IMG/VR virus record: IMGVR_UViG_3300048919_000076
DNA: 64,000 bases
Reading direction: 5' to 3' (one strand)
DNA from: an uncultured virus (IMG/VR IMGVR_UViG_3300048919_000076)
Lineage: Duplodnaviria > Heunggongvirae > Uroviricota > Caudoviricetes
A program made the position numbers and the translations under genes. Under the pieces are notes generated by a model, which made no database searches, was not told the DNA's origin, and worked only from the letters and a program-made list of their open reading frames with translations. This document shows, piece by piece, positions 1 through 9,378 of this stretch (positions are counted from its first letter, which is position 1; the number at the start of each line of letters is the position of its first letter).

Positions 1-320
1 ATAATATTACTGTAGGGCAACAAGTGTTTGATGCTTTCTGGGAAGCAGCAGCACCTTTGAACAAACTGAAGAAACGTCTGTCTGAGTATTGGGAACGACA
101 GGGGGGTAAGAAATTCATTCTTGGTATCGACGGGCGTAAGGTTCCAACACGCTCTGCACATGCAATCTTAAACTCTTTGTTCCAGTCAGCAGGAGTCATA
201 TGCGCTAAAAGAGCAATGGTGATTCATGATCGTAAACTTAAGGCAGAGGGATTAGCAGTAGACTTTTTTAAAGACGATTGGAAGAATAAATCTTTCTGCC
301 AGCAAATGATTGCCTACCAT
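1..320 (+). CDS. Family A DNA polymerase, upstream exon (5' partial)
   Basis: Frame is open from the window start. Contains GIDGRK and LNSLFQSAGVICAK. Ends at ...MIAYH, the His of motif C (HDE). Confidence 0.93.
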
Positions 321-560
321 AAATAATTGTGGCCTTGCATTGTGAAGTGCATTGAATAACCTGTTGAATTCGGGGAAAGCTAAAGCGAGAGCCATGCCAA
401 TCCCGAGCGAAGCCTAAGAGTCTTTAGGAACGTGTAACGACTATCCCGTAAGGGAGTAGGATGCAAGCGCATTCGAAGCGGCAGGGGACTCTATGAGTCC
501 GTGATATAGTCTGATTCTCCGTGAAAGCGGAGTGAGTTTAGCGAACTCAATAACTGAATG
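321..560 (+). ncRNA. Group I self-splicing intron (240 nt, no ORF) in the DNA polymerase gene
   Basis: Upstream exon ends in U and the intron ends in G. P1 CCAU/GUGG has the U.G pair. P AAUUCGGGGAA 367-377, Q AAUCCCGAGC 399-408, P7 GACUA 439-443/UAGUC 507-511, P3 CCUGUU/GGCAGG. Splicing restores AYH-DEAQ in frame. Confidence 0.95.
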
Positions 561-824
561 GATGAGGCACAGTTGGAAGTCAAGAAAGAATTGGTGCAAT
601 TTAAGATGTTTGCAACAGAAGAAGAGGCACAAGCTTTTAAAGACAGTGAAACTAAGATTTGGTCTGATATCAAACCAAACGTAAAGGGCGGTTTCTTTGT
701 GGCCTACTCCCGTGCTGGTGAACTGGCATCGGAGTCTGTCAAAGAGGCTGGGGAATACTACAAACTAAATGTTGAACTAACAGCAGGATATATGGTGCAC
801 AAGCATTGGGCTGGGTGTCACTAA
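561..824 (+). CDS. Family A DNA polymerase, last exon
   Basis: Starts at DEAQLEV (motif C) and ends with the typical phage PolA terminus ...WAGCH. Confidence 0.93.
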   Translation, partial: DEAQLEVKKELVQFKMFATEEEAQAFKDSETKIWSDIKPNVKGGFFVAYSRAGELASESVKEAGEYYKLNVELTAGYMVHKHWAGCH

Positions 825-835
825 TGGAGTAAGTT

Positions 836-1492
836 GTGGAAGAAATTTGGAAAGATATTAAAGGTTTCGAAGGTATTTATCAGGTAAGCAATCAAGGTCG
901 TGTAAAACGATTAGAAACAACTACGATCATGAGAAATCAGGTCACAAGTTGGGAGCAGCCTCTTGCTGAGTATATCTTTAAACCCCCTCTAGACGGTCAC
1001 GGTTATCCTCAAGTATCTTTGAGCATGGGTGAAACTAAGAGAACAGCACGCGTGCATAGGCTTGTAGCTGAAGCGTTCCTGAGCGACCCGTCTGAAGAGT
1101 TGGTGCAAACTTGTATGGATGCTGGTTTGAATTACGTTCTGGTGAATCATAAAGATACTGATCCCACTAATAATGTATGGACAAATCTAGAATGGTGTAG
1201 TCCTAAATTTAATTGCGATTGGTCAGTTACTTCAGGAACTCACAACACAGAGACAATGAAAGGATCTTTGAACTACAATTCAGAGTTGACAGAGGAAGAC
1301 GTGGATGCTATTGTGAACCTCTTGAAAACGAAAGCTATGAGTCAGGAAAAGATAGGTGAGTTGTACGGTGTTAAACAAATTACAATCTCAAATATTTGGA
1401 CAGGACGTAGTTGGGCATGGTATGCTGGGATTCCTTGGAAAGCTCGCAGTCGTAGAAAGAAACAAAGATCAATTTCTATCGCTGAAAGCTAG
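836..1492 (+). CDS. Free-standing NUMOD4-HNH homing endonuclease
   Basis: EEIWKDIKGFEGIYQVSNQGRV (NUMOD4); VHRLVAEAF...VNHKD..PTNN..TNLEW (HNH); C-terminal HTH-like segment. Confidence 0.9.
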   Translation: MEEIWKDIKGFEGIYQVSNQGRVKRLETTTIMRNQVTSWEQPLAEYIFKPPLDGHGYPQVSLSMGETKRTARVHRLVAEAFLSDPSEELVQTCMDAGLNYVLVNHKDTDPTNNVWTNLEWCSPKFNCDWSVTSGTHNTETMKGSLNYNSELTEEDVDAIVNLLKTKAMSQEKIGELYGVKQITISNIWTGRSWAWYAGIPWKARSRRKKQRSISIAES

Positions 1493-1526
1493 TGCCATTG
1501 ATTTCAAGCTAAACCAAAAATATCGC

Positions 1527-1555
1527 TTGTAATGTCTGAATAAACGTGTCAGAAT
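1527..1555 (+). promoter_or_regulatory. Sigma70-like promoter
   Basis: TTGTAA-17 nt-CAGAAT with extended -10 TG, upstream of a GAGGAG RBS. Confidence 0.55.
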
Positions 1556-1588
1556 GGTAGTATCAAAAATAAATGAGGAGAGAAAGAA

Positions 1589-1876
1589 ATGGGTTATTAT
1601 ACGCACTACGACATTTCAGATAATTCTGAAGAAATTCAAGAGGCTATTAACCTGAAATCAGGCTATGAACGAGTAGATGAAGACTCTATTAAATGGTACG
1701 ATTGTGAGAAAGATATGCGAGAAGTTAGCGTAGATTTTCCTAATATTGTCCTAACCGTTTCTGGTGAAGGCGAGGAAAGCGGAGATATCTGGAGGGGGTA
1801 TTTCAAGGATGGTAAGGGTTTCATTAGTAAAGCAAAACTTGTATTTGAAGACTTTGATGAAGCAAAACTTAAATAA
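1589..1876 (+). CDS. Hypothetical protein
   Basis: ORF with strong RBS. Confidence 0.8.
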   Translation: MGYYTHYDISDNSEEIQEAINLKSGYERVDEDSIKWYDCEKDMREVSVDFPNIVLTVSGEGEESGDIWRGYFKDGKGFISKAKLVFEDFDEAKLK

Positions 1877-1890
1877 ATTGGAGAAACAAA

Positions 1891-2064
1891 ATGATTACAA
1901 AGTTCAACTATACTATTCAAAATGAAGATCAAATCTTCTGTGATAACATTGACTCACGACACTCTGCACGTAATCGCCTCCGTGAAGTTAAGTCTCTCGG
2001 ATTCAAAACAGCTAAGATTGTCCGAGAAGAGTTTGTTAAGATCAGTGAGAAGGTAGCGCGATAG
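1891..2064 (+). CDS. Hypothetical 57-aa protein (not in ORF track)
   Basis: GGAG RBS, MITKFNYTIQ...KVAR*, fills the intergenic gap. Confidence 0.7.
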   Translation: MITKFNYTIQNEDQIFCDNIDSRHSARNRLREVKSLGFKTAKIVREEFVKISEKVAR

Positions 2065-2065
2065 T

Positions 2066-2290
2066 ATGGGCAGCATCAAAGTAAACAGCAAAGAAAAACT
2101 TGGTGAAGTAAGCTACGAAACTGAATATACTTTCACTGATGCGTCTGACTTCTTTGCTTGGGAGGATATTAAGGTTGAACGTCTGACTAATGCTGTCAAG
2201 GGATTTAATCTTGGTGGGGAGGGGTTGTTTCAAGATGAAGAGCCAACTGTAGTAGATATTAAAGTGGCTAAGAAAACCACTAAACATTAA
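2066..2290 (+). CDS. Hypothetical protein
   Basis: Tightly packed ORF. Confidence 0.75.
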   Translation: MGSIKVNSKEKLGEVSYETEYTFTDASDFFAWEDIKVERLTNAVKGFNLGGEGLFQDEEPTVVDIKVAKKTTKH

Positions 2291-2303
2291 TTAAGGAGAT
2301 AAA

Positions 2304-2597
2304 ATGCTAGACGAAATTATGCAGTACATCGAGCTTATCCCAGAGTTCCAACCAGTTGCACGCAAAGTGATTGATGGACTGAAGGCTTATGAGGCTGAAT
2401 ACAACGAGATTACAGATTTTGTAATTGACCGTACAGTTGCTAACAAAGTTAAAATGTACAAAGCTTTCCAAGCTGCTGGTATTAGTGATGATCATTCGTT
2501 GGTTCTCACTGTAAATACCTATCAACAGTTTGAGAAAACTGCAAAAGAATTTGGTAAGAATATCTCGGCTAATAAAGCGGATAAGATTGCTAAATAG
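2304..2597 (+). CDS. Hypothetical protein
   Basis: AAGGAG RBS. Confidence 0.8.
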   Translation: MLDEIMQYIELIPEFQPVARKVIDGLKAYEAEYNEITDFVIDRTVANKVKMYKAFQAAGISDDHSLVLTVNTYQQFEKTAKEFGKNISANKADKIAK

Positions 2598-2665
2598 TCT
2601 CGTTAGAGACAACACTCAACGTAATGTGAACTAAATAATATACACAACTAAATAGAGAAAATTAA

Positions 2666-3370
2666 ATGACTACGCAAGTAAGCACTTCTGTAATTGTAAA
2701 GCAACTCCCTAAGTCCGGTACTTTGGAAACCTTCAACGTATATGTGCTGAATGCCCCTGTGTTTTATGCTGCTGTACATAGCCCGAAAAGCAAGTACCAA
2801 TCGACAGACAAAGAGTTTAGTCTGACAGCGTTTGTGGATGAGGCAACTAAGGACAAGCTGTTGGATGAAGTAATGTTGAACAAAGGGTTTGCGCTCGTAG
2901 GCAAGGACAAGACTACCAAGCCACCACGCCGAATCAAATATCCTTTGTCTAAGGACGTTGAGGAAGGTAAGACCAACTACGATGTTGTAGAAGGTATGTA
3001 CGGTTTTGGTTTGGCTAAGCCTGAGTTCTCGAAAAAAGGCAACGCCATGAGCGTCAACGTTATCGACAAAGAAGGTCAAGCGTTTACTCAGGATATTGGT
3101 AATGGTTCTGTCTGCACTTTGAAACTGTTCGGTTATCGTAACCCTGAAGGTCAACTTACTGTTACTCTGGATACTGTTCAAGTGGTTGAGCATATTCCAT
3201 ATGAAAGTAAGGGTGGTGATGGTAATGTTGTGGACGATGTACTTGGCACTTATGCAGTGAAGAAAGTTGAGGCTAAAGTAGAGGAGAAAGAAGAAGCTCC
3301 AGCACCAAAGGCTAAAGCTGTGAAACAACCTGAGCCAGAAGATGACGAACTGAGTGACCTACCATTTTGA
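2666..3370 (+). CDS. Single-stranded DNA-binding protein (T7 gp2.5-like)
   Basis: IGNGS motif, acidic tail ending DDELSDLPF, replication-module context. Confidence 0.75.
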   Translation: MTTQVSTSVIVKQLPKSGTLETFNVYVLNAPVFYAAVHSPKSKYQSTDKEFSLTAFVDEATKDKLLDEVMLNKGFALVGKDKTTKPPRRIKYPLSKDVEEGKTNYDVVEGMYGFGLAKPEFSKKGNAMSVNVIDKEGQAFTQDIGNGSVCTLKLFGYRNPEGQLTVTLDTVQVVEHIPYESKGGDGNVVDDVLGTYAVKKVEAKVEEKEEAPAPKAKAVKQPEPEDDELSDLPF

Positions 3371-3392
3371 TCTAAGAAACTAGTTTAATATA

Positions 3393-3417
3393 GCTGCTCG
3401 AAAGGGCAGCATCTTTT
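3393..3417 (+). terminator. Rho-independent terminator
   Basis: GCTGCTC-GAAA-GGGCAGC followed by ATCTTTT. Confidence 0.7.
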
Positions 3418-3436
3418 AAGAATTAAGGAGAAACAA

Positions 3437-3694
3437 ATGATTAGCGAAAAAGAACTCTTTGACCGACTGGCAGACTTGGAATCTCAGAAACTTGTGTTGG
3501 CTGAAGACATTCGACAGCTCAAAGCAGACAGTAAGTATAATGAAGATGATTGTCCCCAAGGCCTGACTGCTGAAGTAATCAAACTCATTGCAGCAGCGGC
3601 TAAACTAGAAGCTAAGCGTGATTTTGAAGAAAAGAAAGATGCTGCAAATGCTGTGTTCAAGAAGTATGAAGAACTTAGTGGGTATAACGATTGA
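3437..3694 (+). CDS. Putative GapR/DUF2312-like dsDNA-binding protein
   Basis: Pattern L.DRL..LE.QK..LAEDI.QL.A..K...G.....IK.I resembles GapR/T4 DsbA. Confidence 0.5.
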   Translation: MISEKELFDRLADLESQKLVLAEDIRQLKADSKYNEDDCPQGLTAEVIKLIAAAAKLEAKRDFEEKKDAANAVFKKYEELSGYND

Positions 3695-4368
3695 AAAAGG
3701 TGAGGCTTGTTCATGGCATCGGTATTAATGATGTAGACGAACCAACACAAAGATTTATTCAAGTGTACGACCCAAAAACAGGCAAGAATAAATCAAAACA
3801 AGTTTGGAGGTGTCCGTTCTACAACAGATGGAAAGCCATGTTAGAAAGGGTTGCGTGCTTTAAATTAAAAGCTAAGTATCCTACATATGAAAACTGCACG
3901 GTCTGTGAAGATTGGCTTTATTTCTCTAAGTTTAAAGCTTGGATGCAACAGCAGAACTGGGAGGGAAAGTCTTTAGATAAGGATCTGTTGTTTAAAGGGA
4001 ATAAACATTACTCGCCAGACAATTGTGTTTTTATTGATAAGATCGTAAACACGTTTGTTCTTGAGAGGGATGGTGATAGGGGTCAGTATCCGTTAGGTGT
4101 TATCCTTCACAAAAAGACTGGGAAGTTTGAAGCACAATGCAACGATCCATTTTCAAACAAACGCGGCTATATTGGGTTGTTTGATACACCAGAACAAGCC
4201 CATGAAGCTTGGAGAAAAGCTAAAGAGGAGTATGCAAAAGAAATGGCTAAATTACAAAAAGATCCACGAGTAGCTAATGCGTTAATTGAACGCTATAAAC
4301 AAGATAATCTTGCAGAGAAAGTTGAAGAGTTGAATAAGCTTCAACAGATTCAGGAAGCTTATAGCTGA
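3691..4368 (+). CDS. HNH homing endonuclease with AP2-like domain
   Basis: VCEDWLYFSKF..W, LDKDLL..GNKHYSPDNCVF, IGLFDTPEQAHEAW. Confidence 0.85.
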   Translation: MKKVRLVHGIGINDVDEPTQRFIQVYDPKTGKNKSKQVWRCPFYNRWKAMLERVACFKLKAKYPTYENCTVCEDWLYFSKFKAWMQQQNWEGKSLDKDLLFKGNKHYSPDNCVFIDKIVNTFVLERDGDRGQYPLGVILHKKTGKFEAQCNDPFSNKRGYIGLFDTPEQAHEAWRKAKEEYAKEMAKLQKDPRVANALIERYKQDNLAEKVEELNKLQQIQEAYS

Positions 4369-4420
4369 GTATTAAATAGGGAGTGTAAAAACTCCCGTTC
4401 TTTACAAGAGGAGAATTACA

Positions 4421-4716
4421 ATGGGAGTGGATGTCAATTCAGTTATCTTTGTAGGTAAACACACTAAAGATCCTCGTGAATACTTTACAGAAGAACAACT
4501 AGAAGGGTTGATGGTGATTGGCAAGATCATGGAATGGATAGTGTGCTTGAAGTACATCCTGTGAGTGGTTATGCTGATTATGGATATTACGTTGGATTTC
4601 AAGTTGGTATAAAAGATCCAGAAGCAACTATCCGGCAAATTCGTTCTGCAATTGATGACTTTAAAACGATTACCAGTGAAGATGCAGAGTTTCATAATTG
4701 GGCTTATTATTGGTAG
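4421..4716 (+). pseudogene. Frameshifted hypothetical gene
   Basis: GAGGAG RBS and ATG at 4421; this frame stops near 4564. The -1 frame is open from 4480 and continues VDGDWQDHGMDSV... to 4716. Confidence 0.55.
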
Positions 4717-4725
4717 GAGGTTAGT

Positions 4726-4947
4726 ATGGGCTGGGGCGGTGGTACACAAATATTTGACACAGTTGTTAAGTCACTTAAAACAACACAAATCTCATATGAA
4801 AAACAAGAACACATTCTTTGGAATCTTCTAGATGCACTTGAAGATCAAGATTGGGATAACCACCAAGAAAGTGATTACTGGGATGACCCTGATGTTAAGT
4901 CTGTAATTCAACAGATGCATCCACATTGGTTTGAAGACGATGAGTAA
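4726..4947 (+). CDS. Hypothetical acidic protein
   Basis: AGGAGG RBS. Confidence 0.8.
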   Translation: MGWGGGTQIFDTVVKSLKTTQISYEKQEHILWNLLDALEDQDWDNHQESDYWDDPDVKSVIQQMHPHWFEDDE

Positions 4948-5881
4948 ACTACTTCTAATAGATGCGGATACGATCCTGTATGCAGCAGCCTCGCAACAAC
5001 AAAGTAACAAGTGCTTAGCTACAAACATTGAATATAAAACAAGCCGTCTGTTTGAGTCAAAGACAGCTTTCAATGACTGGCTCAAGATTACACCAGATCG
5101 TACAAAGGATATGTACAGCTTTGAAACTGTCAGCGAAGTAACTGGTGAGCCACGATATGCTTTCCAAACAATCAAGCAGAAAGTTGAAGCAATTGTTGAC
5201 GCTTCAGGTTGTAAGGATTATCGTGTATGCATTCAAGGTGAAGGGAACTTCAGAAAGTATTATGAATCGAAGTTCGTAGACTACAAGGGACAACGTACAG
5301 CTAAGCCTTTATTGTTCCAAGAATGCTTTGATTTCATGGCTAAAAAGTACAAGACAAAGTGCGTTGTGTCTAAAGGTATAGAGACGGATGACTACGTTAA
5401 CATTGCAGCTTGGGCAGGCTATAATGCCGCTATAAAGACCAAGAATAAGGATGATTCAGAGTTCGTTGTAGCCTTTGTAGATAAAGACATCGTAAGCAAT
5501 GGCCGTGGTTGGTTTCTAAACTACAATAAGCTTGAGAATGGTGTTATCTGGAATGACGCAGTAAGTCAGTACAGTAGATTTTGGGGGCAAGCACTCCACG
5601 GAGATACAGCAGATAATATCAAAGGGCTTGAGAAGTTAGCTCCAGAAACAAAAGAGAAGTATGGAATCAAAACAAACGGCGTTGGTGAAGTAGCTTCAGG
5701 TAAGATTCTTGAGGGTGCTAAGTCAGAGTTGGAAATGTTCCAACGTGTAGAAGAAGCTTACAAACTTTCTTGGCCTGATGATTATCAACAGCGATTATCT
5801 GATAATTGTTTCTTCCTGTATTTGCAACGCAAAGAAGGGGAAATGTTTAACCTTTATGATTATGTGGAGACTTTGAAATGA
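4940..5881 (+). CDS. 5'-3' exonuclease (T7 gp6/FEN-like)
   Basis: LLIDAD, NFR...YKGQR..KP, ETDD, DKD, GDTADNIKG motifs. Confidence 0.9.
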   Translation: MSKLLLIDADTILYAAASQQQSNKCLATNIEYKTSRLFESKTAFNDWLKITPDRTKDMYSFETVSEVTGEPRYAFQTIKQKVEAIVDASGCKDYRVCIQGEGNFRKYYESKFVDYKGQRTAKPLLFQECFDFMAKKYKTKCVVSKGIETDDYVNIAAWAGYNAAIKTKNKDDSEFVVAFVDKDIVSNGRGWFLNYNKLENGVIWNDAVSQYSRFWGQALHGDTADNIKGLEKLAPETKEKYGIKTNGVGEVASGKILEGAKSELEMFQRVEEAYKLSWPDDYQQRLSDNCFFLYLQRKEGEMFNLYDYVETLK

Positions 5882-6219
5882 ATAAGATTACTGAAGATTA
5901 CCTGCTGGAATACATCTCAGACGTAGGTGAGTTTGAAAAAGAACACCGCAAGTATTCTAGCTTCTGGTGTACAGTTACACACCGAATCACTCAGGAAGAT
6001 GTTGATGCACTCGCAGATGACGGTGTTGATGCAAGTGACTTCTTGAACGTATTGATTACATGTAATGGTATGTGGAGTGATAGTGACGGTACAGATTGGG
6101 ATAGTGTTACTTACGAGAAGCTGCAAGAGTATCAAGAGCTTGTACCGGAGGTTGTGATTCCTGAACACTATGTTACTAAGTATAAAACTTCAGCTTTCAA
6201 GCCTGTGTTTGAGGAGTAA
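5878..6219 (+). CDS. Hypothetical protein
   Basis: ATGA overlap with the upstream gene. Confidence 0.75.
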   Translation: MNKITEDYLLEYISDVGEFEKEHRKYSSFWCTVTHRITQEDVDALADDGVDASDFLNVLITCNGMWSDSDGTDWDSVTYEKLQEYQELVPEVVIPEHYVTKYKTSAFKPVFEE

Positions 6220-6222
6220 ATT

Positions 6223-6534
6223 GTGACCGATATTTATAAGCTGTTTGAAAAAGAAACTTGGACACCTGATGATTGCACACCATATATTTGGTACAGAGCG
6301 TGTGTTGATGAGTTGTCCTTTAACAAAGATGATGATGTCAATAATCTAATGAATGGTGATGGTCTTACTTACTCTTATAATGTAAGCAGCGAAGTCGAAC
6401 GTGATGGCTTTGTAATCTTCACCCTACAGAATGATTATGGTGGCGAATCGTTTCAAGCTATCTTTGATATTTCTAAGAAAGTTGATGAGGACAAGTACTG
6501 GGAAGAAGTTGATAGTGAAGATGAAGAAGAATGA
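6223..6534 (+). CDS. Hypothetical acidic protein
   Basis: GAGGAG RBS, GTG start. Confidence 0.75.
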   Translation: MTDIYKLFEKETWTPDDCTPYIWYRACVDELSFNKDDDVNNLMNGDGLTYSYNVSSEVERDGFVIFTLQNDYGGESFQAIFDISKKVDEDKYWEEVDSEDEEE

Positions 6535-7061
6535 AAGAACCTTGGCTAAACTACCCTCACATCTGGCCCACCAAGAGTTCTTTCCTTAGTTTTCTGCGGG
6601 GCGGTATTAGACGTGCTTTATGGAACCGTTCACCAATCAAGTTGGAATTTATTAAGAAATACCGTCGCAAGATTAAGAATCCCAACCCAAGAGGTAAGAT
6701 CAAAGAAGTTTGGGGTGGTACTTGCAATCTATGTGGGGATGAATTTCCAAGTAATCAGTTGAACGTCGACCACCGTGAAGGGCAGAATAGTCTGAGGGAG
6801 CTTTCTGATATACAATCTTTTATGGAAAGTATTGTACTTGTGCAGGAAAGTGATCTACAATTCGTATGTCTACCGTGCCACAAGATCAAGAATTTACAGG
6901 AAAGGACAGGGGTAGATTTCGAGACTGCAAGGACAGAGAAACTTGTAATTGAAATATGCAAGAATAAGCAAGACAAGGCATGGCTAATCGAGAAAGGCAT
7001 TACTCCACTAGGAAATGCTAAGTTGAGACGCCAACAAATCACTGAGGAGATGATGAAATGA
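6531..7061 (+). CDS. HNH-family endonuclease
   Basis: CxxC...VDH...LQFVCxxCH. Confidence 0.8.
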   Translation: MKEPWLNYPHIWPTKSSFLSFLRGGIRRALWNRSPIKLEFIKKYRRKIKNPNPRGKIKEVWGGTCNLCGDEFPSNQLNVDHREGQNSLRELSDIQSFMESIVLVQESDLQFVCLPCHKIKNLQERTGVDFETARTEKLVIEICKNKQDKAWLIEKGITPLGNAKLRRQQITEEMMK

Positions 7062-7249
7062 CTAACAAGAAATTGAAAGTAAACAGTGCTGCCTATACAG
7101 AACTTAGTATTCAAATTGCCGTACTTCAAGCATCTGTGGATAAACTACTCCAACTCGCTATGAAAGATAATACTTTAAATATTATTGGTGACGTAGTTAT
7201 CTCAGGAACTATCCCAACAGATGAAGAATTCTTGGAGGCATACAAATGA
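7058..7249 (+). CDS. Hypothetical protein
   Basis: Overlapping start, RBS. Confidence 0.65.
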   Translation: MTNKKLKVNSAAYTELSIQIAVLQASVDKLLQLAMKDNTLNIIGDVVISGTIPTDEEFLEAYK

Positions 7250-7346
7250 TTAAAGATTATTGGACAGCAATCTTCTGGTGCGAGTTTGTTCAGTTTAGCG
7301 TGTTCTTCAACATCTGGACACAACAACTTGGTGTTTAGCTTGAGAG

Positions 7347-7568
7347 GTGGGTATGTCAGTTATAGAGATGTTTCCGAAGAAAGAAGTTGCAGATAAATCA
7401 GTTGAGCATACTATCTCTAAGTTAGACTTCTGGATCGGGAGGAATGAGATTATAAGTAGGGACTTTGTAACTTCCAGTGTTTACCAGAAACAAGAGACGC
7501 TTGATACTGTACTCTCGATCAACAACCAATTGTATGAACTTATTTTGAAACTTAAAGGAGAGATTTAA
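7347..7568 (+). CDS. Hypothetical protein
   Basis: ORF within the operon. Confidence 0.6.
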   Translation: MGMSVIEMFPKKEVADKSVEHTISKLDFWIGRNEIISRDFVTSSVYQKQETLDTVLSINNQLYELILKLKGEI

Positions 7569-8351
7569 TTGAGCAATCGCCACCTATTTATTCCAGACGT
7601 ACAAGCAAAAGAAGGCGTTCCACTTCAACACCTTGAAGCTTTGGGAAATTACATCGTTAAGAAACAACCAGAAGTTATTGTAATGATTGGGGACTTCGCC
7701 GATATGCCAAGCCTAAGTTCTTATGATGTTGGTAAGAAATCTTTTGAAGGTCGCATGTACACAAAGGATATTGAATCTGCACGTAAGGCGATGGATGTTC
7801 TTCTTGCACCACTAAAAGCTTTTAATAGTCAGCAGTCACTTAACCGTAAAAAGCAATACAAACCACGAATGGTTATGTGCTGGGGTAATCACGATCAAGG
7901 CCGTATTGAGCGGGCTATTGAGAATGATCGTAAACTTGAAGGTTTGATTTCTGTTGATGATCTTGGTTTTAAAGAAGCTGGCTGGGAGTGCCATGATTTC
8001 CTTGAAATTGTAAATATCGACGGTATCCGTTACTCACACTACTTTGTTAATCCAAATAGCTTGCTGAAGAATTGTGTTGGTGGTAACATTGACGCGAAGC
8101 TGAAGAACTTGGGGTGGTCGTTTAGTATGGGCCATCAGCAGACTTTACAATACGGGGTCCAGTACTTGCCAGATGGTATTGCTCGCCAAGGTTTGGTTGC
8201 TGGTGCTTTCTACATGCATAACGAGAGCTACATGGGAACACAGGGTAATCTTTCTCACTGGCGTGGTGTTGTGATGAAGAATGAAGTTCAGGAAGGCAGG
8301 TACGATCCTTGCTTTATCTCTATTCCATTCTTGCTGGAGAAGTATATTTAA
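7569..8351 (+). CDS. Calcineurin-like metallophosphoesterase
   Basis: PDxQ, GDFAD, GNHD, SH and GHQQ motifs. Confidence 0.9.
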   Translation: MSNRHLFIPDVQAKEGVPLQHLEALGNYIVKKQPEVIVMIGDFADMPSLSSYDVGKKSFEGRMYTKDIESARKAMDVLLAPLKAFNSQQSLNRKKQYKPRMVMCWGNHDQGRIERAIENDRKLEGLISVDDLGFKEAGWECHDFLEIVNIDGIRYSHYFVNPNSLLKNCVGGNIDAKLKNLGWSFSMGHQQTLQYGVQYLPDGIARQGLVAGAFYMHNESYMGTQGNLSHWRGVVMKNEVQEGRYDPCFISIPFLLEKYI

Positions 8352-8487
8352 GTGGAAGACTACAAACTAAAGAACACTGTCAATCGCTTAGAGAATTCGG
8401 TTGACAGCTTAACTAAAGAGATCTATAATCTCAAACAGCAGCAGAAAGATATGCTGGAACAAATTAAGCGACTAAAGGAGGGGTTTA

Positions 8488-8925
8488 ATGATGGCAGTAG
8501 CAAATGAACCACAGAAGTTTAAAGTAAAGAATGATGTAACTGTCTACTCACTATTACCACCATTCATGGACACACACACTGTAGTTTGGAATGATGAGAA
8601 TGGACACCACCAAGAAACAGAGTGTAGTATTGGATATGTAAAGGATCAGTTCAGGAATGATATCTGGACTTACATCATTGAGAGTCCTAAATCATCTGTA
8701 GATAAGCCACAATCAGCTCTAGACAAACAAGTCAGCGGTAATCACTATAAAGACTTTAAGATCCAACCTGCTGAATATTGCCATGCTAACAACATCCCAT
8801 TCTTAGAGGGCAACGTAATAAAATACACATCTCGTCATCGGGCTAAGAACAAGAAGAAAGATCTTGAGAAAGCTATTCATTGTCTTGAGTTGCTGATTGA
8901 GTTGGAGTATGGTAATGAGGACTAA
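8488..8925 (+). CDS. DUF3310 / T7 gp1.7-like nucleotide kinase domain protein
   Basis: QVSGNHY...FLEGNVIKY..R...KN...DLEKA.H.L. Confidence 0.8.
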   Translation: MMAVANEPQKFKVKNDVTVYSLLPPFMDTHTVVWNDENGHHQETECSIGYVKDQFRNDIWTYIIESPKSSVDKPQSALDKQVSGNHYKDFKIQPAEYCHANNIPFLEGNVIKYTSRHRAKNKKKDLEKAIHCLELLIELEYGNED

Positions 8926-9364
8926 GCGCCTATTAGGTATTGACGTTGATGGCGTCTGTGTAGACACACTAACCCTCTACAAACAAGCTTCACATCACTT
9001 GGAAGATCCTCTAGACTTCTGGCGAGATGAGAACCTTTATGATAACCTTGTTCCAATGGATGGTGCTGTAGAGAAACTTGAGCAACTTAGTAAATACTTT
9101 GGTATAGTGTTTGTGAGTCGGTTGAAGGGAAATCATCACCGTTCAAAGGTGTATTTCTTGAAGAAGTTCTTTCCGTTTATGACTGGCTTTATTGGTACTC
9201 ACGAGAAGTACCTTTTGAATGAAAGTCTTGTTGCAATGGTGGATGATTTAGAGGATAATCTGTCCAAGTTTGAAGCTCACAAGCGAGTGTTGTTTGGACA
9301 AGGTGAATATAAAGATTGGAATAGTTTTAGTGTTAAAGATTTCTGTAAAGATTACTTGGTTTAA
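8915..9364 (+). CDS. HAD-family 5'(3')-deoxyribonucleotidase-like protein
   Basis: IDVDGV motif I and K...VDD motifs. Confidence 0.8.
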   Translation: MRTKRLLGIDVDGVCVDTLTLYKQASHHLEDPLDFWRDENLYDNLVPMDGAVEKLEQLSKYFGIVFVSRLKGNHHRSKVYFLKKFFPFMTGFIGTHEKYLLNESLVAMVDDLEDNLSKFEAHKRVLFGQGEYKDWNSFSVKDFCKDYLV

Positions 9365-9378
9365 TTAAGGAGAAAGTT

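Noticed and set aside
558..824. Independent 88-aa gene starting at ATG 558
   Set aside because: The ATG is the last three intron bases; this is the final pol exon.
2648..3328. 226-aa minus-strand ORF opposite the SSB gene
   Set aside because: Antisense shadow with implausible composition.
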